A DNA stretch of 64,000 nt, taken from the human T2T-CHM13v2.0 reference genome, Homo sapiens. Made by a program: the position numbers and the translations under genes. Below, one piece after another: positions 28,075 to 49,849 of this stretch. Below the pieces are notes generated by a model. That model was not told the DNA's origin and ran no database searches. It saw only the letters and a program-made list of their open reading frames with translations. The stretch lies in NCBI RefSeq assembly GCF_009914755.1, contig NC_060943.1; one strand, written 5' to 3'. Position 1 is the first letter of the stretch. Each line of letters begins with the position of its first letter.

Positions 28075-29310
28075 GCATGAAAGGAGTCACATAGAGAAAC
28101 CCCATGAAAGTAAGAAATTTGGGAAAGCCTTCAGTCCTTTCTGTTTCTTTCAACTACGTGAAAGGATTCACAGTGGAGAAAGACCCTGTAAGATAATTGG
28201 CTTTAAATTACGAGAGACTTGTGATAGGACAGTAAAACCTAGAGTTGGAGTTGGATCTCTGGATTGTGTTATGTCAGTGTTGGTAGGTTAGGAACTAGAT
28301 TTCCCAGAATCCATTCCATTTGTGATTCCATGATACAATTCACCAGTAACCTATCTTACATGAGATTCGGAAGTAAGTTAAGAAGGCATTAGTCATGGTT
28401 TGGAAGCACCATACAGGGAGACAGCTGTGTGAATACAGGCTGTATGGACACTTGCTTCCATCCCATTTTCCTGCTTCTTTGGGTTGCCAATCAAGAGTAT
28501 CCTCAAAACGACTTGACTTTAATTTTCTCGGAGGTGATAGGCTTCCACACAGGTCTCCAGAAGCCCTGCATTGAATATCCATCCACACTTTGGTTTTCCT
28601 TCAGACATTATTATGTCTGTACTAGGCAACTAATTCAGACTGTCCTGGTTGGGAATATTCTGTGATGCTCTGACTCCCCTAGTCTGTAGACGGAATTGGC
28701 ATACGGTCTAATTTGTGTAGTAAGCACCTTTGTTCATACTAGTAGTGACTGTATTCTTGATTCAGCCTGATAGCTACCATGCTGCTGTCAAAACCAACCA
28801 GAGGGGAGCTTGTTCTTCTGCTGTAGTGTGCAGTGACTGGCCTCACCCAGGACTTTGATGTGAGAATGAGCACTTTCCTCTATCAGGAAATTTCAAGTGT
28901 TTCCTGTTATTCGTAGCTCAATGTAATGCCTCAGTTCATTTTCAGTTGTTTGATTATATGTGACTAATATGTATTTTTTATTCAAACAAGACTTCTGTAC
29001 ATGTTTCTTCAAAACAGTTTATTAACTGTCTTCAGTCTTGGATTACATCAAGTTTATAATTTTGGCAAATTGTTAAGACACTGTGAAGTCAGCGTTAACC
29101 ATGTGCATACAACTTAAGGAATTTTTTCCTCCTCATGTAAATTTTACTTTTCATGCTTATATAGTTTCAACTTTTATCTTCATAGTAATTTCTCATCTAC
29201 TCATAATACCAAAAGTTAAGTCATGCTGTTTTGTGTGCTCTCTTGCTAAAGACCGCAGAGACCATACCTGTTGTCAAAGAGGGTGTAATAAACTGTAATA
29301 ATAATCATGA
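28075..29310 (+). other. ZNF627: ZNF627 3' UTR (decayed fingers to ~28195, then unique sequence)
   Basis: Degenerate finger codons after the stop ([25 protein letters not shown] in another frame); AATAAA at 29287-29292. Confidence 0.75.
29287..29292 (+). terminator. Polyadenylation signal AATAAA of ZNF627
   Basis: First canonical hexamer I found after the stop codon; GT-rich sequence follows about 40 nt downstream. Confidence 0.7.
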
Positions 29311-29335
29311 CCACAAACCATAAAGGACTGTGTGA

Positions 29336-29757
<422 letters not shown>

Positions 29758-30679
29758 TGATGAGGTAAACTTAATTCTAAACTTGGTAATCATAACTGTT
29801 CTTATCCAGAAGGGAAAAGGAATGGAGTGGAGGTAAACGTAATTCATGAGAAATACCACTCAGTCATATTAGTGAGAAGAGGGGAATTTGGGTCATGTTT
29901 ATGATTTGGAACATGCTGTCTTTCACCAGTTTTAAAGACATGGTTACAGAATGCCCTTTTTTTGTCTTGATTCATCATAGCCACCTAGGAGCATGGTCTC
30001 ACATTGCTGGTGTCTGACATGTTTCTCTCCAACAGCGTAAGACTTGGCCTTGCAGTGAGCGGAGGCTGGCTCCTGGACTTGTGGACCTGTTTTTGCCTTA
30101 CTTATTCTCTGAACACTGAAGTATTTCCTGTGATGTACTGGACACTGTTTTCCATTATGTACCTCAGTTAAAATATGTAAATTTACTTCTTAGCAAGCTG
30201 TATAATACTTTTAAAAAGCTCCTTTACGAGTCTAATGAGACTAATATATTTATGCACATTTTCTGAATGCAAGCCTAGGAAGGGAACAAAGTCAGCATCA
30301 ATATTCCAACCAAGCCTTTCTTGCTCCAATAATATGCTTTTGTTTTTGTTTTTGTGTTTTTGTTTTTTTAGACAAGAGTTTCACTCTTATCACCCAGGCT
30401 GGAGTGCAGTGGTGCAATCTCAACTCACTGCAACCTCTGCTTCCCGGTTCAAGTGATTGTCCTGCCTCAGCCTCCTGAGTAGTTGGGATTACAGGTGCCC
30501 ACCATCACACCCGGCTAATTTTTGTTTCGTATTTTTAGTACAGACAGGGTTTCACCATGTTGGCCAGGCTGATCTCAAACTCCTGACTTCAGGTGATCTG
30601 GCCGCATCGGCCTCCTAAAGTGCTGGAATGGATTACAGGTATGAACCACTGTTCCTGGCATATATGCTTTTGCTTCTAA

Positions 30680-31405
30680 TTTATCAATAGGCCTCTTATG
30701 CCAGCACTACAGAGTAAAAAGCAACATGCAAAAGTCAGCTTTTTGTCTGTACACTTCCACGGAACAATCCAATCACTTCGTTGAAGGTGTCCAGCAAGCT
30801 CTTGTTGAGAAAATCCCTGTTGAAACTTCTCAGTGTCAAAAGCCCAGGTATCACAGGATAGAGTAGCAATCAGCAACCAAACCATGACTGTATGTGGAGA
30901 TGACATATTCAGCCCCAGATAATGTATTCACATGAGTGAAGGGTGGAGTCATTGCCTGTCAGATTCTACAGTCATTTGGATTAGAGAGGGCAATACAGAG
31001 TTAGGTGCTACTGAATCCAACCACTGAGTCCTTCTCCCTTGAAGGCAACACCCACAGTGATAGTGTGGGCCACAGAGTAGAAACCCCACCATCAACACGA
31101 CTCCAAATGTGATTTTGCCCGGGATGCAGGTGCTGTGTTGGGATGCAGGTGCTGTGTGGGGATGACCAGTGAAGGTAGGGGACACTGGAAGCACAGGGTG
31201 AGGGAGATGAACAGGACACAGCTGAGCCTGATTATTGGCCTTGACTGTGGGAGTATCTTGATGCTTCACAAACACCCCAGAGAGGACATTGTAGCACAGG
31301 CCCAAAGAGTGTTCATAAACCAGAGGGCCACCACTTTTGGAAGGCAGTGATGTGGCTTTCTGTTTGAGTCCTGATGCTCTGTTGACAGCATACACTGTTC
31401 TTCAT
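30680..31405 (-). pseudogene. Vomeronasal type-2 receptor (V2R, class C GPCR) pseudogene, terminal 7TM exon
   Basis: Minus-strand translations across frameshifts: DEEQC..HQDSNRKPHHCLPKVV, LVYEHSLG, GVFVKHQDTPTVKANNQA, FTGHPHTA..TCI..ITFGVV, WLDSVAPNSV, LLDTFNEV. These match V2R hallmarks (HCLxK, YEDPLG, FVKHxDTPIVKANN, IGHP, LPDTFNEA). CAG acceptor at 31406-31408 with a pyrimidine tract. Confidence 0.88.
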
Positions 31406-31520
31406 CTGATTAGAAAAGCAATGCCGGCTGGGCGCAGTGGCTCACGCCTCTAATCCCAGCACTTTGGGAGGCTGAGGTGGGCAGATCACCTGAGGTCAGG
31501 AGTCCGAGACCAGCCTGACC

Positions 31521-31963
31521 CGCCTTGGACCTATTGGACTGAACAAACGGGAGCAAACACAGGAATAAAAGACAAGAGACAAAAGAGTATATTTGGAAGA
31601 AGGGGTTGGGGGGCACCTTGCCTCTAGTGGACAAGGGCCCCGAGCTTTACACAGCCCTCTGTATTTATTAGACAAAAGAGCGAGAAAAGCGGGGGGTGAT
31701 TGTTGGGTAATTGTCAGTTGGCCATTTGGTTCACACCAGGCTTGTGAGACTGCATCCTTTGGACAATAGGCACTAATTTTCTCAGTAGATAACTTCAAGG
31801 AGCCCAGTGCCAGGGAGTGATGTCCCTCAGCAAACCTTTTGGTGGCAGGGCAGTGAGTTTGCCCACATCCTGCATTCATGATAAACAGTTTGCTGTTTGA
31901 TCCCATATAGACTCCTGCGGAATGCTGAGTTGGTCACGTCCCACGGGCCTTCGGCTCCCTGCA
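31521..31963 (-). mobile_element. 3' LTR of the provirus (last few bases missing)
   Basis: Homologous to 36766-37231; preceded by PPT AAAAAGGGGGATA (31964-31976). Confidence 0.92.
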
Positions 31964-32099
31964 TATCCCCCTTTTTGTTTATGTATTAATTGAAAGAATG
32001 TAAGGCCAGGCTGAGCAGCTCTCATTGTCCGATTGGCGGTCCATCTGATTTTACAGAAAACATAGCATTAGAACTGTGTTGTGACTCTGTTAGGCCTTC

Positions 32100-33660
32100 T
32101 CTCTCTCTTTGCACCCAGGCTCAGCTGGCTCATGGCTCGTACTGGAGGGACCGGGCCCATGGTTGGCCACCCTGGGTTCCTCCCGTCTCCCGTTCATGGT
32201 CGCACACACCTTGAGGGCACCCAAACGGTGTGCCCATCTCCTGTAGAAACACAAGCATGCTCTCTTCCCCATGTCAGTAAATCCACCGGACTTTTCCATT
32301 GTCCTTCTTCCAGGGATTTCCATAACACTTTCAGATAAACTTTCCTCTTTTCCTCTAACACTTGTCAATGTCTTTCTGCTGGAGTCTTACCATCCGGACC
32401 AGGAGCCAAAAAAATTTAAAGTAAATAAAAATAATAAAAAGTTCTGATTGAGGTGGTAAGTGGCCTCCTATACCCCCTTTTTGTTTTTTCAACATGTGTT
32501 GTAATGTTTGATGTGCCTGCTCTATAATGCCTTGTCCTCTAGGATTATAAGGAATTTCTATTTTATGGGTTATAGCCCAAAGCTGTAAGAAATTTTGAAA
32601 AGCATGGCCAGTATAAGTGGGTCCATTGTTAGTTTTTAATTGTTTAGGTATTCCCATATGAGCAAATGATGACAGATGATGTCACCATACATGACCAGCT
32701 GTCTCACCTGTTTGGCATGTAGCATGCAGCATTTGAGAATAAGTGAAATAAATTAAGCAGTTCTGGGTCTAGTGTACTTTTAACTGTAGCAGTTTCTACG
32801 CGACTGGCTACATTTACAACATAAGCTGAATCACAGACAATGTTGATAGGATCTGAAGCTGTGAGCTGTAAAACCTGAATGACTGCAGTTAGCTCTGAAT
32901 GTTGAGCTGAAACCCCAGAGGTCGTTATTGTTTTGGGACCTTTTTGGAATCACAAATACTGGAGAATTCCAGGGGCTAACTGACTTTTCTTTTTTTTTTT
33001 GAGACAGTCTCGCTCTGTCGCCCACGCTGGAGTAAAGCTCTGTCTCCCGGGTTCATGCCATTCTCCTGCCTCAGCCTCCCAAGTAGCTGGGACTACAGGC
33101 GCCTGCAACCATGCCCAGCTATTTTTTTTGTATTTTTAGTGGAGACGGGGTTTCACTGTGTTAGCCAGGATGGTCTCGATCTCCTGACCTCGTGATCCTC
33201 CCGCTTGGGCCTCCCAAAGTGCTGGGATTACAGGCGTGAGCCACCGCGCCCGGCCTGCTAACTGACTTTTCTATATGTCCTGTGTTCAATTGCTCTTTTA
33301 CCAACAGATGAAGTTCATCTAGCTTCTTTTGTGATAGGGGCCATTGATCCACCCACACAGGTTTGTCACTGAGCCATTCTAATGGTAAGGCAGTGGGCAA
33401 AGGAGAAATATCAAATATCAATGACCCCCCCGTCAGAAATCCTTGTGTCCTAGCCCTTTTCTATCTGTTTTTCCAGTTACTGATATCGGGTTAGGATTTC
33501 ATTGTAGAAATTTCCCTAAACCTTTTTCACTCTGATATCCCATGTTCTTCAACATTTTAAATCCTGGATTATCAAAGTTTTCATTTGTAAGTCTCCTATC
33601 CCATGCTGTAAGTCTCGACCCCATAAATTGATGGCTATATTTGCAACATAAGGCTGCAAA
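32100..33660 (-). pseudogene. pol: Fragments of pro (G-patch), RT N-terminus, RNase H and integrase
   Basis: NLWGRD and [15 protein letters not shown] (G-patch); [18 protein letters not shown]|PWNSPVFVIPK (RT); SAQHSEL..INIVCDSAYVV (RNase H); GIPKQLKTNNGP..PYNPRGQGIIE (IN). Large deletions join the pieces and env is mostly absent. Confidence 0.9.
32985..33255 (-). mobile_element. Alu (Y-like) inserted in proviral RT
   Basis: TSD GCTAACTGACTTTT; splits KSVS|PWNSP. Confidence 0.9.
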
Positions 33661-33719
33661 GTCCAGAGCAAGCTTAAAGTTGTAAAAGTTCTTTAATAAA
33701 TAAACAGAGTAACCTGATA

Positions 33720-34035
<316 letters not shown>

Positions 34036-35061
34036 TTAGCTCTCTGAGTGCTAGTAAACTCAGATCGAGTGATTGAATTATGTGGTCTCTACTAGCCTGC
34101 TGCTTTTCCATGTTTACCAGACCCATCAGTAAACCGTGTTAAAGCCTTAGGTATGGGGGAGTGAAATACCGCTTCGAATTGCCTTTTACTTAAACGAATC
34201 CTGATGATATGAGGGTCATAACTTAGCATTTGGACTGCATTAATCATTAAGATTGCTAGCTGAAATAGTAATAAGTTTAAAAAGAAAATCTGAACGCGTC
34301 TCTAGAAGCAGAGACTTAAATGATATACTTTAACCATGTGCTTAAAACCACGGGCGGAATAGCTTAAATCTTGTAATTGAGTTTTTGGGCTGACCAAGTT
34401 TATGGACTTTAATCTGGCAAACAGTCTTGAAAACAGTGACTCACTGGCTGGGGAACTCAATTTAGGACTCTTTTAGCAAGTACAAATCACACTATCTGTA
34501 ATCAGTGGGTAAGACAGTCATTCATGCATAAGTTTTCACTACACTTACAACTTTTCTTCACTTTCTGAGAAGGACACAACATTTTTACCTTCTAATTTGA
34601 CAAATATCATTTAATTAGGTTTAAAGTTCTCCTTTAAAGGGTAATGTGTGGTTTTACATGCCTAGCTTTTAATTACTCATTAATGAATTCGTGGGCCCTC
34701 TGTAATCTCTTTCCCTTCAGAGGTTACTGTTTTACTTAAATTGAATTTGGAAAGCTACCTTAGGGGTAGGAGAGAGATAACAGTGGCCATTATTAGAAAA
34801 GAGGTTTTTCAAATTCTTACATTTTACTTAAATCTTAGCAGAGAATCATAGTCTGGGACGTACGTAACACATGAACTTTTGCTATGGGCTGCTCACAGAG
34901 CCAGAGGGCTGCGGTGCAGGTCCTTGGCGGCGGCCGCATTGTACTTGCTCAGGTTTTGCCTGTGTCTGCGCCGCTCCCTCCCTCCTTTGCCGGGGGTGGG
35001 GCATGCTGCCAGCCTGGGCGGACCTTGTGGGCTTGGTCGCTGCCAGCTTTTCTGCTGCTGA

Positions 35062-36513
<1,452 letters not shown>

Positions 36514-36745
36514 GTTAACCTGATTCAGAAAACTTCCCCTTCCCAGTACTTCTTTAAAGCACTGCCCCCAGTACTTCTTTAGGGCACTGACCTTACATAC
36601 GCTATCGGCAGACTCATCCCGGAGTCCCCGTGCGTCTTGTCAATTTCAGTTCCTCTACTCCAGCAGACCTTCTTCGTTCACGTCCTCATAGTCCCGTGTT
36701 TGGACTGCCGCCTGTTCGAGTGCCACTTATAGAGCTTCCGATCCT

Positions 36746-36764
36746 GTCGCTGTTTGGGGTGCCA
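36746..36764 (-). promoter_or_regulatory. Primer binding site, tRNA-Lys3-like
   Basis: TGGCACCCCAAACAGCGAC versus canonical TGGCGCCCGAACAGGGAC. Confidence 0.8.
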
Positions 36765-36765
36765 C

Positions 36766-37231
36766 TGTGTAACCTGCACGGACCTAGGGGGACTGAACAA
36801 AGGGGGGCGAACGTGGGAATAAAAGACAAGAGACAAAAGAGTATATTTGGAAGAAGGGATGGGGGCAGCACCTTGCCTCTAGTGGACAAGGGCCCCGAGC
36901 TTTACACAGTCCTCCGTATTTATTAGGCCAAAGGGATAGTGAGAAAAGAGGGAGTGATTGTCGGGTAATTGTCAGTTGGCCGTTTGGTTCTGTTTGGTTC
37001 ACAGCAGGCTTGTGAGACTGCATCCTTTGGACAATAGGCACTAATTTTCTCAGTAGATAACTTCAAGGAGCCCGGTGCCAGGGAGTGATGTCCCTCAGCA
37101 AACCTTTTGGTGGCAGGGCAGTGTGAGTTTGCCCACAACCTGCATTCATGATAAACAGTTTGCTGTTTGATCATATAGACTCCTGCGGAATGCTGAGTTT
37201 GTCGTGTCCCAGCGGCCTTTGGCTCCCTGCA
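36766..37231 (-). mobile_element. 5' LTR of the provirus
   Basis: Starts TGCAGGGAGCC.. and ends ..GTTACACA on the minus strand; contains AATAAA; followed by the PBS. Confidence 0.92.
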
Positions 37232-37263
37232 CTGACCATCATGGAGAAACCCCGCCTCTACTA

Positions 37264-37512
<249 letters not shown>

Positions 37513-37826
37513 TTAGAATTAAAAGTTATTTTGGCAATCTAGGACTCATTCTTCATTCTGGCTGCAGACAGAGCTATGGATAGGGAATGTCACACATATT
37601 TTTAAGGTTATGTTGTCTTTTATGTTAAATGGATAACATTTCCACTTTGCGTTTCCATATGCAATGGAAGGCCAAGGCAGCAGAATCCCTTGAGGCCAAG
37701 ACTTCAAGACCAGCCGGGCAATATAGTCAGACTGTGTCTCTACAAAATATTTTTTAAATTGTTTATATAATTTATGAGATTCCAGTGTCATGCTGTCAGC
37801 TAATATTAGGAAATTAGTAGGTGTGA

Positions 37827-38385
<559 letters not shown>

Positions 38386-38496
38386 TAGCCAGGATGGTCT
38401 CGATCTCCAGACCTCGTGATCTGCCCCCCTCGGCCTCCCAAAGTGCTGGGATTACTTACATGCTTGAGCCACCGCGCCCGGCTTTTTTTTTTTTAA

Positions 38497-38643
<147 letters not shown>

Positions 38644-39226
38644 TGAATTTTTGGTAGAGATGAGGTTTCACCATGTTGGCCAGGCTGGTCTCAAATTCCA
38701 GACCCCATGTGATCCGCCTGCTGTGGCCTCCCAAAGTGCTGGGATTACAGGTATGAGCCACTGTGCCCAGCCTCAGAAGTGCTTCCGTTCTTGAGATGTG
38801 AAAATTGCCTTTTTAGATATACGTTAAAAAAAAAAAATAGAGATGGAGCCTTAGTATGTTGACCAGGCCGGTCTGGAACTCCTGGCATTAAGCGATCATC
38901 CCATCTAGGCCCCCCATAGTGCTAGGATTACAGGCATGAGTAACCACACCTGAGATGTTTTATATTTGCAGTTTTTAATAAAGCAAAGTCAAAAAGAACA
39001 ATTTTTAGGATAAATGACCTTAGGTTGAAAACATTTTTATTTTCAAGGAAAAATTTGTGAATTCATTCCTGTACCAAAAAATTACATCCAGTTCATTTAC
39101 TACAGCATGAAATTTTATTGAAAAGAACTTAATAATTTCAAATGTGAGCAGAGGTTATTTTATTCTTTCCTTTCACTTACTGTCTGTCTCCCTGAGTTTC
39201 TTTCTTTTTTTTTTTTTTTTTTTTGA

Positions 39227-39385
<159 letters not shown>

Positions 39386-39728
39386 TAGTAGAGACGGGGT
39401 TTCTCCATATTGAGGCTGGTCTCGAACTCCTGACCTCAGGTGATCCTCCCGCCTCAGCCTCCCAAAGTGCTGGGATTACAGGCGTGAGCCATCACACCTG
39501 GCTGGATCTTTTACCTACCATATAGGTAAAACCATGGTCAAAAGTGATACAGAAGCAGGAGGAGCAAGATGGCCAAATAGAACCCTCCAGTGATTGTTCC
39601 CCCAACAAGAACACCAAATTGAACAGCTATCCACACAAAAAGTAACTTAGGCTGGGCGCAGTGGCTCACACCGGTAATCCCAGCAGTTTGGGAGGCTGAG
39701 GCAGGCAAATCACGAGGTCAGGAGTTCA

Positions 39729-40096
<368 letters not shown>

Positions 40097-40868
40097 CTAT
40101 GCCACCACTTTCCCATCCTCTCGCAGAGGCCAAATGGCATAGAGAGTGAATCTGTAAGCTTGGGAGAGGGAGAGCGCAGTGATTGTGGCACTTTGCATTG
40201 GAACTCAGTGCTGCCCTGTCATTAGCAGAAAGCAATATGGGGCAGAACTCAGCCAGTGCCCATGGAGGGAGCGTTTAGATCAGCCTTAGCCAGAGTTGAA
40301 TTGTCCATCCCAATTGCCAGAACCTGAGTTCTGGCAAGCCCTGTCACCGTGGGCTAAAATGTTCTGGTGTCCTGAAGAAACTTGAAAGGTAGTCAGGATC
40401 ACAAGGACTGCAATTCCTGTGTAAGTCTTGGTGTTGGGTGGGCTTGGACCCAGCGGACTTGGTGTGCACATGACCTAGTGAGACACTAGCTGGGGTGGCA
40501 AAGGGAATACTTGTGCCACCACTCTCCTGACCCCAGGCAGTACAGCCAGCAGCTCAGGGAGAGACTACTTCCTTCTACTTGAGAAGAAAGGGGAGAGTAA
40601 AGAGGACTTATATTGCAACTTGGATGCAAGCTCAGCAACAGTATAATAGGGCACCAGGCAGAGGCGTGAGGCCTCTATTCCAGGCCCTAGCTCCTGGACA
40701 TTTCTAGATACACCCTGGGCCAGAAGGGAACCTACTGCCTTGAAAAGAAGGACCCAGTCCTGGCAGAATTCATCACCTTCTGAACCCCTGGGCCCTGAGT
40801 GATCAGCAGGGGTAGCCAGGCTGTACTTGTATGGGCCTTGGGTAAGACTTAGAGCTGTACTGGCTTCA

Positions 40869-41246
<378 letters not shown>

Positions 41247-42597
41247 TCACAGTCAACAAAGTGAAGAGACAACCCACAAAATGGGAGAAAACATTTGCAA
41301 ACAATCCATCTGACAAGGGATTAATAAACAATATAGAGGGAGCTCAAATACCTCAATAGGAAAAAAAGTCTAATAATTCAAATTAAAAATGGGCAAAATA
41401 TCTGAATAGACATTTCTCAAAAAAAGACATAAAAATGAAAATCAGACATATGAAAAGGTGCTCCACATCATCAGAGAAGTGAAAAGACAACAGCAATACC
41501 ACATCATCTCACCGCAATTAAAATGGCTTTTATCCCAAAGAGAGGTAATAACAAATGATGGCAAGGATGTGAAAAAAAGAGACCCTTGTACACTGTTGGT
41601 GGAAATGTAAAATACTAAGCCACTGTGGAGAACAGTTTGGAGGCTCCTCAAAAATCTGGAATTAGAACTACCCTATGATCCAGCAATCACATTGCTAGGT
41701 GTATTCCAAAAAGAAAGGAAATCAGCATATCGAAGAGCTTTCTGCACTCTGATGTTTATTGCAGCACTATTCACAATAGCCAAGATTCAGAAGCAGCCTA
41801 AATGTTCATCAAAAGATGAATCGATAAAGAAAATGTGATACATATTGGCTGGGTACGGTGGCTTACACCTGTAATCCCAGCACTTTGGGAGGCCGAGGCA
41901 GGCGGATCACGAGGTCAGGAGATCGAGACCATCCTGGCTAACATGGTGAAACCCCGTCTCTACTGAACATACAAAAAAAATTAGCCGGGCGTGGTGGAGG
42001 GCACCTGCAGTCCCAGCTACTCAGGAGGCTGAGGCAGGAGAATGGCGTGAACCCAGGAGCCGGAGCTTGCAGTAAGCCGAGATCGCACCACTGCACTCCA
42101 GCCTGGGTGACAGAGTGAGACTCCATCTCAAAATAGAAAAGAAAAGAAATGAAAAGAAAATGTGGTACATATACATAGTGGAGTACTATTCAGCCATGAA
42201 AAAGACTGAGATCCTGTCATGTGCGACATCATGGATGGAACTGGAAGTCATTATGTTAAGTGAAATAAACCAGGCACGGAAAGGCAAACTTCACATGCTC
42301 TCACTAATTTCTGGGAGCTAAAAATAAAACAATTGAACTCATGGAGATAAAGAGCAGAAGAATGGTTACCAGAGGCTAGGAAGGGTAGTGGAGGAGGCAG
42401 GAAAATAGGGGTGGTTAATGGGTAGAAAATTATACTTAGAATGAATAAAATCTAGTATTTGATAGCACACAGGGTGACTACAGTCAACAATAATTTATTT
42501 TACATTTAAAAATAAAAGAGTATAATTGGATTGTTTGTAACACAAGGAAACAATAAATGCTTGAGGTGATGAATACCTGATTTATCCTGATGTGATT

Positions 42598-45198
<2,601 letters not shown>

Positions 45199-45405
45199 TG
45201 GTTATTACACATTGTATGCCTGTATTAAAATATCTCTTGTACCCAATAAATATATACACCTACTATGTACCCCCCCACACACAAAAGATAGCGTTCTTTG
45301 TGTTTTTAAATAGGTTTTGCCTTAAAGTCTAGTCAAGTATGATAATGGCATATCCACTCTTGTTCTCTTTTGGTTACTATTTGCGTGGAATACCTTTTTA
45401 CCTCT

Positions 45406-45823
45406 GTATTAGGCTTTTCTTGCTTTGCCATAAAAATACCTGAGGCTGGATAATTGATAAAGAAATGTTTTATCAACTCATGTTTCTGCAAGCTTTATAG
45501 GAAGCATGGTGCTGGCATCTGCTCAGGTTCTGGGGAGGCCTCAGAGTTTTTACTTTTGGTGGAGGGTGAAGCCGGAGCAGGCCTCTCACGTGGCAAAATA
45601 GGAACGAGAGAGAGAGGTAGAGGGGAGGTGCCACACACTTTCAAACCACCAGACCTTGTGCGAACTCAGAAGAAGAGCTCACCTATCACTAAGGGGATGG
45701 CCCAAGCCATTCATTAGAGATCTGTCCCCATGATCCAAACACCTCCCACCAGGCCCTGCTTCCAACCTTGGGGATTGCAATTCAATGTGAGATTTTGCGG
45801 GGATGTACATTTAAAGTATATCA
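45406..45823 (-). mobile_element. MST-type MaLR solo LTR
   Basis: TGTATTAG...TATATCA termini; MST-like body (GGAAGCATGGTGCTGGCATCTGCTC). Confidence 0.8.
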
Positions 45824-46109
45824 TCTTCCATTCCATTTCGAGTATTTTTTGTCTTGGGGTATAAAATGAGTGTCTTGGTCATGCATTATGGCTCATGCCT
45901 GTAATCCCAGCATTTTTATTTTTTTAAGACGGAGTCTCGGCCGGGCGTGGTGGCTCAAGCCTGTAATCCCAGCACTTTGGGAGGCCGAGGCGGGCGGATC
46001 ATGAGGTCAGAAGTTCAAGGCCGGCCTGACCAACATAGTGAAACCCTGTCTCTACTAAAAATACAAAAAATTAGCCGGGTGTGGTGGTGTGCACCTGTAA
46101 TCCCAGCTA

Positions 46110-46339
<230 letters not shown>

Positions 46340-46719
46340 TGAGTAGCTGGGATTACAGGCTCGCGCCACCACACCCAGCTAATTTTTGTATTTTTAGTAG
46401 AGATAGGGTTTCACCATGTTGGTCAAGATGGCCTCGATCTCTTGACCTCGTGATCCACACGCCTCAGCCTCCCAAAGTGCTGGGATTACAGGCGTGAGCC
46501 ACCGTGCCCGGCCATTCCTAGCATTTCTGGAGACTGAGGTGGGAAGACTGCTGGAGGCCAAGACTTCAAGTTCAGCGTGGGCAACATGGTGAGATCTTGT
46601 GTTGAGAAGAAATTTTTTAAAATTTACACAATTAATGACATTTTAATGTCATTCTATCAATCAATATTAGGTAAGTATTAGGTGTGACTGATATTCTGGA
46701 TATGTATAAAATTAACTCA

Positions 46720-48100
<1,381 letters not shown>

Positions 48101-48235
48101 TTTTTTTTTTTTTTTGAGACGGAGTCTCACTCTGTCGCCCAGGCTGGAGTGCAGTGGCACAATCACAGCTCACTGCAGCCTTGACTTCCCTGGCTCAAGT
48201 GATCCTCCCACTTGAGGATCACTGGGACCATAGGT

Positions 48236-48390
48236 GCTAAGATGGGACTACCGGTCTGACCCCTGCTTTCCATCGTGGCCTGAACTAGATTTCTAGATTT
48301 TCAGGTTTACTTTGGGATGCCCTTAGCCGAGAGGGGAATCCTTCAGTTTGGGAGAGAGGGGTGGGCTTTGAATTTTATTTTTGGTTTACA
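48236..48390 (-). mobile_element. MER4-type LTR 5' fragment
   Basis: Minus strand starts TGTAAACCAAAAATAAAATTC. Confidence 0.7.
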
Positions 48391-48587
48391 CATAGAATAG
48401 CTGGAGTCGGAGTGTGATTTGATATATGTAGAAAATCTGTTAAGGTCAAGACCCATTGGATTACCTTATGGAGAAAAGGTTTATGAATTTGACAATTTAT
48501 GTCAGTCAGTACCTTAAACTGACTCCAGGTGAGTTTCCTGCTGGTGAAAATGAAGGTCTGGGGCTGGGCGCGGTGTCCTTGTCTCTA

Positions 48588-48818
<231 letters not shown>

Positions 48819-49849
48819 CTATGCAGACAGGACAGGAAGGCATGTTGAGAGCCTAGAGTTAAATCCTTCAGTGTTCAGGCCTCATCACCAGGTTCTGATC
48901 GGTTCTGGGGCTCTGTTTCAGCAGTCAGAACCTGGCTCCCAAGAATCTGTTTAACCTCCTGAATAGGGGGTTTCCTGCTGAACAGTGGCTGAAAAACTGC
49001 TTCTCTGAGCTAGTTCATGTTTTTGCTTTTCTTCTCTTTTGATTCCTTCATAGAATATTGCTGCCATATAATTCCAGTTTTTCCACACATTTAACAATTT
49101 TATTCCATTGTTGCTGTGTTTTTATTTTCTTGGTGAAAACGAGTAGACTCCAGGGCGCGGTAGCTCACGCCTGTAATCCCAGCACTTTGGGAGGCCGAGG
49201 GGGGCGGATCACGAGTCAGGAGATTGAGACCATCCTGGCCAACATGGTGAAACCCCGCCTCTACTAAAAATACAAAAATTAGCTGGGGGTGGTGGCGCGT
49301 GCCTGTAATCCCAGCTACTCAGGAGGCTGAGGCACGAGAATCGCTTGAACCCAGAAGGCGGAGGTTGCAGGGAGCCGAGATCGCGCCACTGCACTTCAGC
49401 CTGGCGACAGAGCGAGACTCCGTCAAAAAATAAAATAAAAAATAAAAAAATAAGACTGAGAGATCAGGTGGGAGAAAGGCTTGGTCATGCAGCCAGCAGC
49501 TTCATCCCAAATTCCTGATCCCTGGAGGACATCAGACCCCCTCTCCTACTGCAGTGTGGCCTGTGTGGCCTCGGCTCCCCTTCTGCTCCGAGGCCAGGGG
49601 ATGTCTCCACTGGACAGTGAGTCTGGGATTCCCTGCACACAGTTGTGACCCCCCAGTCCCGGAGGAAGAAGCAGGAAGGGCTCGCAGACTATTGGCAGGA
49701 ATTCTTCTTAAATGCAGATATTCCCCGGGAGGGGTCAGGTCACTGCCCAGGGAGGAACCCCCCCTCCCCCGCCCGCCCCATGCCAAGAGCTGTGTCTGCA
49801 ACCTGTTCATCTGGCTCCACTCAGCACTGGGAGATCACTTCTTCTGTCG

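Noticed and set aside
37546-37660. Minus-strand HSSVCS, resembling the preceding V2R exon (PSSVCS..C)
   Set aside because: No downstream cysteine pattern (CCFDC) or splice sites; too short to support.
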